Made by a program: the position numbers and the translations under genes. This document shows positions 10,545 to 19,313 of a stretch of DNA of 20,000 nucleotides, one piece after another. The stretch is from assembly GCA_009602735.1 (NCBI GenBank), contig WELA01002782.1, forward strand, positions 130,429 through 150,428. The letters run 5' to 3'. The first letter of the stretch is position 1; each line of letters starts with the position of its first letter. This DNA is from Mesotaenium endlicherianum (Eukaryota). Below the pieces are notes generated by a model. The model worked only from the letters and a program-made list of their open reading frames with translations, did no database searches and had not been told where the DNA came from.

Positions 10545-11705
10545 GCCAGCCCCAACAAAAGCAAGCAAGGGGCACAACAATAGCCAGCCCCGACTAAAAC
10601 CCTAAACCAGCAAGAGGGGCTGGCAGCCAGCCCCAACACAAGCAAGCAAGGGGCTGGCAGCCAGCACCCCAAAAAGCAAGCAAGGGGCTGGCAGCCAGCT
10701 CCGACACAAGGAAGCAAGGGGCTGGTTGCCAGTCTCGACAAAAGCACGCAAGGGGCTGGCTGCCAGCCCCCTTAAGAGCAAGCAAGGGGCTGGTTGCCAG
10801 CCCCCCAAAAGCAAGCAAGGGGCTGGCAGCCAGCCCCAACACTAGCAATGAAGGGGCTGGTTGCCAGCCCCGACACAATGAAGCAAGGGGCTGGTTGCCA
10901 GCCCCGACACAGGCACGCAAGGGGCTGGCTGCCAGTCCCCCTAAGAGCAAGCAAGGGGCTGGTTGCCAGCCCCCCAAAGGCAAGCAAGGGGCTGGCAGCC
11001 AGCCCCAACACAAGCAATGAAGGGGCTAGCAGCCAGCCCCAACATAAGCAAGCAAGGGGCTGGCAGCCAGCCCCGACTCAGGCAAACAAGGGGCTGGCTG
11101 CCAGCCCCGACACAAACAAGCAAGGGGCTGGTTGCCAGCCCCCCAAAAAGCAAACAAGGGGCTGGCAGCCAGCCCCGACACAAGAAAGCAAGGGGTTGGT
11201 TGCCAACCTCGACAAAAGCACGCAAGAGGCTGGCTACCAGCCCCCCTAGGAGCAAGCAAGGGGCTGGTTGCCAGCCCCCCAAAAGCAAGCAAGGGGCTGG
11301 TAGCCAGCCCCAATACAAGCAATGAAGGGGCTGGTTGCCGGCCCTGATACAATGAAGCAAGGGGCAGCCAGCCCCAACACAAGCAAGCAAGGGGCTGGCA
11401 GCCAACCCCGACACAGGCAAACAAGGGGCTGGTTGCCAGCCCCGACACAAAGCAAGCAAGGGGCTGGCAGCCAACCCCGACACAGGCAAACGAGGGACTA
11501 GTTGCCGACCCCGACACAAGCAAGCAAGGAAATGATTGCCAGCCCCCCAAAAAGCAAGCAAGGGGTTGGCAGCCAGCCTTGGCACAAGCAAGTAAGGGGC
11601 TGGTTGTCAGCCCCGAAAAAAGCACCGAGGGGCTGGCAGCCAGCCCCCCTAAGAGCAAGCAAGGGGTTGGCAGCCAGCCCCAACAATAGCAAGCAAGGGG
11701 CTGGT
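10545..11705. repeat. Hairpin minisatellite array, ~34-bp monomer
   Basis: Over 30 tandem monomers like AGCAAGCAAGGGGCTGGCAGCCAGCCCCAACACA. The core GGGGCTGG(CAG/TTG/CTG)CCAGCCCC is palindromic. Confidence 0.95.
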
Positions 11706-12808
11706 CGCAAAGAGGGCAAGAGGGGATGGACGCACCTGAGAGATGTTGGTGGTGAGGCGCGTGAGCGTGAAGACGGCGCCACCTTGTAGTACAAAACGGG
11801 CTTGAATCACGCCGTCCACTCCAGCTTTGGCCCGTCCGCTGCTGGCCTGGATGTGCTACAGCCTGAGGGGAGGGAGCAGCCGATAACAAAAGGGCAGCTT
11901 AGATCAACTTGTGAAAAAAGCAAATGCAGCCCGTGGAGGCAAGGAGCAGCTAGCGCTTGCAGACGAGCTGTGCCTACGCCTATGCCCTCCAGCCCCCCCC
12001 TCCCCCCTACCTTCACATGCCCGCACAACAAGAAGGTGCAGGCTTGGTTGCTGCAAGAGCATACCTGAATGTTGAAGTTCAATGGCAAGGCAGGAAGAAC
12101 AATCGCTGTCGTAGCCTTAGAGCTTCTTCTAAACCCTTGAAAATGCTGGAATAAGAAATAAAATAATAGCAGAACCGTTAGGCATGCCTAGTAGTAGTAA
12201 CACATGCTAGATATGTCCCCAAACACAATATTTACATAATGTGGATTTGCTAAATACGAACCTAGCAGGCCATTGAAGAAGAACAGGTCTCCTGAGGAAT
12301 CTGAATAAAGGAGGGACAGAGAAATATGGGGGAACTTCTCAACCTTAAAAAATAGCCGACGATACCAGGTGCAACCAGCCACAGCCTCGTGTGAGGTTCC
12401 CTGAATACACACGAAGGGACAATGTGAGACATAGTAAGCACAACGTACGGGATCAACAACAGAGAGAGGACGTGAATGAATAACATGTAGCCACCTACTC
12501 TTGCAAGCAATTGGTATCATACAAAATCCAAGGTTTCATGGAAGAAACCTTATTACAGTGTACAAAGAGGAATGCAAGGCTAGCAAGGTCCTAAATGCAA
12601 AAGTAAGAAAACTTACGATGAATAGCAGGTGCAAAATGCAAAGAAAGGCGCTAGAAGTCTCTTAAGTAGGCTCCGCAAAATTGGCCAAAAGGATTGTAGC
12701 TTGTAAGAAATGCAGCAACTCAAGCAGATGTACGTTCAAGAGTTGGAGGCAAAAATTGAAATGGCTGGTGGCCAAAATATTGGTGAAAAGGCTAGTGACT
12801 TTTTTTTA

Positions 12809-13051
12809 GTTCCCGCCGTTGCTCCACAAACCTGTTAAGATGCACTTGGTAGTTTGAATCCCGTCGATCGACAATGTATGCAAAGTCACGAGTGAAACAG
12901 AGCGTGCGGTGGCGAACGTGAAGGTGTCAAAACGTTGCTGGGCGGCGCGCACGAATAAAAAGTTAATTGTACGCTTAGTACGAGCGTACCGACGCAGTAC
13001 GCTTATTTAAGCGTACGAAGGTTGGCCAATACGGCGTACGGCGTAACCCTG
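12809..13051 (-). mobile_element. Putative hAT-like DNA transposon terminus (copy 2)
   Basis: Minus strand begins CAGGGTTACGCCGTACGCCGTA. Many GTACG subterminal repeats and a 9-bp inverted repeat at 12997-13016. It truncates the adjacent protease frame at 13051/13052 and is homologous to 1724-1963. Confidence 0.6.
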
Positions 13052-13400
13052 CCCAGTTGTCGACCGCGGCGCCGATGGGAAAGAGCACGTCCTGCCCTAG
13101 TAGTACGTCAAAGGACTCTGAAGAAGTGACGAGCGCGTGCCAATCGATGGTCGTCTCGTCTGCAGTGCTTGGGCGGATAGTGAACCGCAATGCCAGCCTT
13201 GTGCGACCTGTGACGGACTTGGAGGTGCCGGCCGCGGTGTTGATGCGCGTCGGCGAGTCCTCCAAGTCGGCCGAAGAGAGTCCCAGCCGATGGAAGTAGC
13301 GCAGGCCGATGAGGACCGGCTGCGCGCCCGTGTCGAACATGATGCGCTGCGGCGCCTGGGTGTTGACAAGCACGATCCCCTGCAAATTATCCAAAAACGC
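13052..13400 (-). pseudogene. Retropepsin-like aspartic protease remnant
   Basis: IMFDTGAQPVLIG (DTG at 13334-13326), INTAAG flap-like segment and FDVLLGQD C-terminal motif. Confidence 0.85.
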
Positions 13401-13901
13401 GACGTTAGGAGTGATCATTCTGCGCTCATGCGCAAGGCGTGCTGGAGCAGATTGCACCGCGGTTGCGGCATCGACTGTAGGTCTGCCAATGGCAGCGCGC
13501 ACAGTGTCTGCGCGTGACCGGAGCAGCAATTGAGCGGCTTGCCTCGTCGCCTCCAAGGAAACGCCGAGCTCCGCAAAGGAGACCGCCGACATGCGGTGCA
13601 GTGCCAGCGAGATGACTTTGACGCTGAGCTGCACCGTCGTCATCGGCGAGGCGAGCGCGTGTGACGCGGGCTCCGTTGGGGCTGCTGGCGTCTCCAGCAC
13701 GCAAAACAAACGGGGCAGGCGCGGCGCCTCCTCCGTCCGTTGACTCTGGTCTCGCCCGTCGCGCTTCTGCGGCGCTGCATGCCGGCCGGCTGGTGCCACA
13801 AACGTGTGCTCGCGAGTAGCGCGACCGATCGCAGGGCGGCTGCCAAGAGGTTGCGTACGTGCGCAACAGGCCAAAATGGCAGCCGCTGGCGTAGCCTCAA
13901 G

Positions 13902-14045
13902 GCCTGCCGCGTAGCTTGATGCACAGTCTGTCGCAAGGCCTACCACGCCGCCTGCCGCGCAGCCTGCCGCAGGGCTTGCCGGGAGGCCTGCCGCAGAGCC
14001 TGCCACAGAGCCTGTCGCAGAGCCTGCCGCAAGGCCTGGCGTGGC
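13902..14045. repeat. 12-bp tandem repeat (GCCTGCCGCAGA-like, ~12 copies)
   Basis: Consecutive 12-mers, e.g. gcctgccgcaga gcctgccacaga gcctgtcgcaga gcctgccgcaag. Confidence 0.85.
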
Positions 14046-14374
14046 GGCTGACGTTGTCATGGCGACTGGCGCGTGTGCGGACGCCGGCACACTCGCATTT
14101 GCAGGCGCAAGTGCATGCGTAGCAGCCGGAAGCGCAGCGATTGTCGAATGCGCAGCTGCAGGATTGGCTCCAGCTGCTGGCGAGCACGCGGCTGCCGAGA
14201 GGCTGCCACGTGGCGCCTCTTGGTGGCTCCTGGAGCCGAGGGGTTGCATCGTCAGACCGGTGTTGACGCAGTCTCGGCTCCCCCGTGCAAAGCTCGTGGC
14301 GCCCTTCCCTTGGTGCATTCGCTTGCTGGAGCCCCTGCAACGCAAAATGCGTTGTTGCCGGGGTTTTCTATGCA

Positions 14375-14736
14375 GCCAGGGTTTAAGCCCTGGCTGTGCG
14401 CAGCCGTGTTGGCGCCGTCGAGACCCCGTACGGCAATCTGGGCGCAGGGCGCCGACGGGGTAGCCCCCCCCTGATTGAGGATGGCGGTCGCGGCCGCCAG
14501 ATTTGCGCTGGCTGGCTGAGCTGTGCGCGCGTGTCAAGTGGCGGCACGTGTGCGCCTGGAATAAAACCCTGGTTGTACGCAACTGCGGGCGCGCCGTCAG
14601 CGCCCTATCCGGGGATCCGGCCACACAACGCAATCGGGGTTGCCCCCCCCTGCCTGAAGATAGCGGTCGCAGCCGTTGTCTCTGCACTGGCCGTGCCGGG
14701 CTGCGTGTGCGCGCCAAGTGGCAGCACCTGTGCGCA
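14375..14736. repeat. Diverged ~180-bp tandem duplication
   Basis: Matching anchors 179-180 nt apart: CCCTGG(C/T)TGT at ~14388/14567, C8 runs at 14464/14643, GTGGC(G/A)GCAC at 14538/14718. Confidence 0.75.
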
Positions 14737-14788
14737 GCTGCCGTGCAAAGCTGCGGCTGCTGCTGCAAAGCTGTCGTGACGTCGCCGG

Positions 14789-15524
14789 TGTAAGGTCATA
14801 GGTTTATAAAGTGCATTTTGAGTTTCATGAAAGTATGTTTTGACTGCATAGAAGTCTAGAGTGTATATTTGTGATCATTTTGATATAAAATTCATCGAAT
14901 TTTGTTAAGTATTGAGAGACTTATGGATTTTCGAAGTTTAATTAGTTTTGAGGTCGGTGGACAATTGTCCTTATTTTGCGGTGAGCGCGACAGTCGGATT
15001 GACCGACAGCGTCAAGCGATCTGGCCCGTTAGAGTGAACTTGAACCTTCACGTAAGTTCGGCTGACGCGAAGTGCCGACTAGGTCAAGTCACCTAGAAGT
15101 TTCGGTTTAGCCTAGCTCGCCTAACTTAGTATAATCTAGATATTTCGATGCATGCATGTGGGCGTCAAATCGACCCGACACGTCAGATGAGACTGATCTG
15201 GCTTACTCATGAATATTCTGAAAGGGACGATTTGACAAACACTTAGGAAATTCCGTAGCTCCCGTCTAAAGAGGAGGACTTAGGTTAGAAAACTATAAAT
15301 AGGCATAACTACTTCATTTCTTATCGATTTTCACTTCTGTAAATTTTTTACGGGTTTGTAATGACAAGGCCTTTCATCCTACATCATTTGTGAGCAGTTT
15401 CTTGCTAGTCAAAATGTTTCCTAAGTTTTCTTAGTGATATGCCGCTGCACTCTTTAGTATGATTGCAACTAGTTCTTTTCCTCGTGAGTCACTACGCTTC
15501 TACTAGGGCACCCTGCCCCTTTCA
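14789..15524 (+). mobile_element. Solo LTR of the chromovirus family (opposite orientation, more diverged)
   Basis: TGTAAGGTCATAGG...GCCCCTTTCA, colinear with the reverse complement of 4402-5145. No PBS or PPT adjacent. Flanks GCCGG and GCCTG form a 4/5 TSD match. Confidence 0.93.
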
Positions 15525-16004
15525 GCCTGTTGCGTAGCGGGCCTTGCAGCGCGATGTGCGGCGTGCGCGTACGTTCAAGTGCGCGCGCGAGCACTCTGCT
15601 GTCGGCAGGAGCGGCCCCACCTGTCGTGCAGGCGACAAGTGACGACCTCTACTGGGGCCTGCTGTCTGCAGCAGCCAGCAGGGGGCGGCTGTTCCGGCTT
15701 GTGCACAAATTTGCGCACGGGCGTGCCGTGCGTACGGCGAGGGACACTACATCTGTGGTAGCTGCAGCCGTGCGTACCGCCCGGTGAGCTCGTGCCGGCG
15801 TGCCAGCTGTCGCTGCGCGGGCCGAGGGGAAGCCTGCTGGTGACAGCAGGGCAACGCAGGCCAGGGGCTCCGTCGGAGGCTGGGCTGGCGTGCGTGCGGT
15901 CCTGTCTGCGGACGTGCCTACGCCAGGAGAGGGCGCGGTTGCACAGGCTTATAGCCTGCCGTCTGGAAGCCTGTCAAAGCGTGCGCTGTTGCTGCTGACA
16001 AATG

Positions 16005-17299
16005 TCAGCGTGGTGTGCGAAGGGTTGAGCGGGCTCCTGTAGCTCCGGTTGCGGGCGCTACGTTGTCGCGCGGACGTGCGCGGGGCTGCGGCGCTGCTGC
16101 GGAGCCGAGTGTCGGCGTCTGAGATTGTCGAGGGTCGGAGCTAAGCGTGTGTGCAAGGGCTGCGTGGGCGCCAGTTGTCAGAGCTGTGGCGTAGGACGGT
16201 GGAGCTAGTGCGAAGAGCGCTCCGCACGCGTCGTAGCTGTCGGCGTCGAAGAGGCCACGGAGTCTTGCGATCTCCGCGTTGGCCTCCACGAGCGCATCAC
16301 TGAAGTCGTTGAAGCTGCAGTACTCGGCTCCGGGAGTCAGCGCGGCGTTCGTCGTGACCGTAGCTGCCGTCATCGCGGGGCGTCCACTTGTGCGAGCGTT
16401 GCGCCCGCCTCGAGCGCGCCCGTTCTTGACGTTGCGCTTCTTCTGCAGACAAACAATCTGCAGGTGGCCGGCCTTGCTACAGTAGGTGCAATTGCCGGGC
16501 TTGCCATTCTGCGCGAGCGTGCAGTTTTAGCGCGAGTGGCCCGTCTTTCCGCAAGACCAGCAGGGGTCACTCGTCGTGGCAACCATGGAATGCGGCCACG
16601 CGTAGCTCCGTGCTGCTGCGTCTGTTGGGGCAGCTGAGTGCGCTGAGGGTGCTGCTGCTGCTAGGGCTGGCGGGCAGGCGTAGTGCACATCGTGGAAGAT
16701 GGCAGCATTGAGGCCTCTTGGCGCACGCCTGTAGATGCGAGGCTCACATGGGCACTAATGTTGCTCCGTGCAGCGGCCAGGCTCTGCTTCTAAACGGAGA
16801 GGTAGGCCTGCTGCAGCAAATACTCTAAACCGTGACGGTCGATGAGGGGGACGACGACCCTTTCCCTCAGATGCGGCTCGACGGCGCGCAAGAAGATTTC
16901 CGCGGCCTCCCGGTCGGTGACAGTGCCGACGTCGCGGCGTAGGTGCACCAAGCGGCGGTACATCATACGGATCGTCTCATTCTTGCGTCGGAAGAAGTGG
17001 TGCAGCTCGTACACCTTCTCTTCAGTTGCAGCCTAGAACTCTGTCTTGAGGATGTTCCAGAAGGCTTGCACTGGGTCGGCTAGCAGGGTCGCCATTGGTG
17101 GGTCACCTACAAGCTTGGTGCGTGTCCGGAGCTCGGCTTCCTTCTCGCGGAAGGTGTCGCGGGCCTCGTGAGAGAGGTAGCGCATAAGTGTGTCGAAGAC
17201 ATCGGGCTTCGTCACCGTGGGCGTCTTGAGCTTTGCTGCCGCAAAGTCAGCTTGAAACTCTGAGATGGTATCTTCCAGATCACAGGTGCCTAGCCTGCC
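16005..17299 (-). pseudogene. gag: Gag pseudogene with two CCHC zinc knuckles
   Basis: ORFs 17033-17335 and 16790-17014 join across a TAG (..FWNILKTEF*AATEEKVYELHHFFRRKNETIRMMYRRL..). Knuckles CWSCGKTGHSR*NC and CTYCSKAGHLQIVC at 16562-16449 are not shown in the ORF track. Confidence 0.8.
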
Positions 17300-18016
17300 T
17301 AAAATGAATCGACTTACCAAATAGGCGATTAACAATTAATAAAGATCTTTATATCAGCAAGTAATCTTTATGGTATTTTCCATTAACTGGTTAAACGGCA
17401 AAGGACAACAGACTAGCAGTGAATAATACTCGTAAGTCAAATGCGAGTAAACTAGCATCAATAATGCAATCAGTAAACTCATACATAAGCAAGGTTAGAA
17501 GACAGTGCGTATCAATGGCTTCTGGCCTTGGATTCAGATCTCTCTCAGTAAGCTGTACAAGAGAGTTGGCCTTGTTTTCAAATCCGAACTAAAGAGCAAT
17601 CCTAGCATATGTACATGGAATGAGTTTACTGTTCAACGGCAAGTGCGATGGCACCGCCTACCAGGGAGTTAACCACGTTGGTAGGACCTCGGTTAACCAA
17701 ATCCACCGCCATCTCCCATCATCCCGAATCGCCATCCATCCTAGGGATGTCATCTGGCCATTCATCTAGCACCCCACACTTAGATGCATATCTAGGCAGT
17801 TCGCTGCTACCGAGTACGGAAGTCAGCTGGCTGTCAAAGAATGTGTCAGCAAGCTGACTTAAGTCGACTTCAGCCTGCTGCTTCCGGCTGAGTCATTAAA
17901 TTGATTATTATATAAAGTACAGCAAACTCAATACTACATAAAGTTCAGCAGGCTGAACATAATTTACTATTATATTTAAATGAATATTACATCAACCAAT
18001 ATATTGATTCATTACA
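17300..18016 (-). repeat. LTR of a second family, interpreted as the 3' LTR of a minus-strand element (left boundary approximate)
   Basis: Minus strand starts TGTAATGAATC at 18016, directly after GGAGGGAT. It is an inverted copy of 19314-20000. TAAAATGAATC at 17300 resembles the terminal inverted repeat. Confidence 0.75.
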
Positions 18017-18029
18017 ATCCCTCCAACTT
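18017..18029 (-). promoter_or_regulatory. Putative polypurine tract of the family-2 element
   Basis: AAGTTGGAGGGAT abuts the LTR TG. Confidence 0.6.
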
Positions 18030-18128
18030 AACTTGTTGTCGCCTCGACAACATTAAACTGGAGAAGTGTCTGGTCAGGGAACTGAATCTGCCCAGCTTCC
18101 CCCACTGACTGCCTCTTCAGCCTGTCAC

Positions 18129-19313
18129 CTAGGAGGTTGCTTCTTGGGCTTCAAGATCAAGAGACTGAGATCTGGACCTAGATCTGGACAGCCCTCTAGG
18201 TCTGTCAGCTGGCCTTCTAAAGAACCCCGTTTGTTCTAAAGTTGGACCCTGAGGAGAACGAAGGATGGTAGCCTGCTCTTCACCCACCTGGGTGTTGATC
18301 CCCACATAGACAGGCAATCCAGTAGGATGCTGAAATACATTGGCAAGAGGTACATGTCCTTGAGCAAAGGGAGAGGCCGGCATACCTCTGGCCCACCCGC
18401 GTGTCCCTCTTCTGGCACCCCTGTCCTCTGGGGATTTCTGCCCTTGTCAGCTGCCAAGTAAAGTCAGACCAGCTTCTTCCCCTGCTTGGGCAGGTGGGCT
18501 ATGGGAGCGAGTGCGGGGTCCAGTTGCCTCCATGACCGGTATCACGTTCCATATACCTGATCTTGGTTCCTTTGGATGTGCCCCTGCCTGCCCCTGGGTC
18601 TCCTGAGTACCAGCTCCTGATGCTTCTCCTCTTCCTTGTTCTTCTTCCTCATCCCCCTCATCCTCCTCCTCTGAGAGAGTAGGAGTCCCGTCCACTAAGT
18701 CGTCCTGCTCCCTGGTAGACATGGAGTAGTCTACTGACCTCCCTTTCTTAGGGCGCGCTGGAGGTTGCTTGGCCTTCAGCCTGCTGATATCTATCCGACC
18801 TGCATTCTTTGCCCATTTGACGAAGGCATGCTTTCTCTTAGAGAAGTAGTCTCTCGCCCTCCTCCTGTGCTCTTTGGTCTCTGCATTCATATTGCTCAGG
18901 CAGCCATTTAGCCTGGGGTCCCAAGGGGCAATGTGAGGTGGTAGGATGAGGTAGCCGTCTAGGCCATAGTGGAAATCATCCGGATGGGCGCGGTCACACT
19001 CCTGCTTTTTGTTTGTGACGGTCATCCACCTCCAGTCTGTTGGCTGCTGGTAGTACTGGGGTCCATGCTCAGCCTTCCTCAGTTTACACAAAAACCAGTG
19101 GGGAGAGAACATCTGTTGTCCTGCTTCCCTAACCAAGTACTCCCAGCTCCTTCTCTCAACTTCATTATAAGCTGGCAGTAGTGTGAGGTAGAATATCGTA
19201 TCCTTATCGGGCCGCATGCTCACCATTCTGATGAGTTTTTGATCTCCCACTATTCCCGGTATTGGGACTGGCTTGTTCTTCGAATCATCTACAAGGTACC
19301 GGGCGTGCTCTGC
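18129..19313 (-). pseudogene. Uncharacterised retrotransposon-borne ORF, 5'-interrupted by an LTR insertion, with one internal TGA
   Basis: Frame is open from the LTR junction at 19313 (AEHARYLVDDSKNKPVPIPGIVGDQKL..) to TGA 18449-18447, then continues in the same frame to TAG 18131-18129. Aromatic-rich N-terminal part followed by basic, acidic and RS-rich tracts. Confidence 0.6.

Larger units (their letters stand above)
3126..12400 (-). pseudogene. Putative degenerate multi-exon gene; candidate exons 12400-12366(or 12344), 12300-12262, 12145-12065, 11855(or 11862)-11736, 3931-3842, 3515-3442, 3202(or 3199)-3126
   Basis: Each segment has a pyrimidine tract plus AG upstream and a GT donor downstream, mostly AG|GT (GTTCGT, GTATGC, GTGCGT, GTGCCT, GTGCCA, GTCTCC). 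Branch-like CTAAC lies before 12145. Two exons are open in phase 0 (HFQGFRRSSKATTAIVLPALPLNFNIQ; HIQASSGRAKAGVDGVIQARFVLQGGAVFTLTRLTTNISQ), while others contain stops. Product not recognised. Confidence 0.45.
13052..17299 (-). mobile_element. Degraded LTR-retrotransposon internal region (gag, long low-complexity linker, aspartic protease), truncated at both ends by other elements
   Basis: Gag-like helical segment, two CCHC knuckles and a retropepsin, all on the same strand. Contains in-frame stops and frameshifts. Confidence 0.8.

Noticed and set aside
10545..11705. CRISPR array (palindromic repeats at regular spacing)
   Set aside because: Linkers are only ~10-15 nt and similar to each other rather than unique spacers. 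There are no cas genes and the context is eukaryotic retrotransposon DNA.
10532..11889. Many overlapping ORFs (LAASPLL and GWQPAPC repeats), likewise 2834-3866 and 4159-4386
   Set aside because: These are translations of a stop-poor tandem repeat that is open in several frames on both strands.
12975..14768. Intact 597-aa gene
   Set aside because: Chimeric: the C-terminal ~25 residues come from the DNA-transposon end, the N-terminal part is likely out of frame, and only the protease region is credible.
17300..18016. 5' LTR of the degraded gag-pro element
   Set aside because: No PBS follows it, the gag appears N-terminally truncated at the junction, and a PPT precedes it, so it is better read as the 3' LTR of another element.
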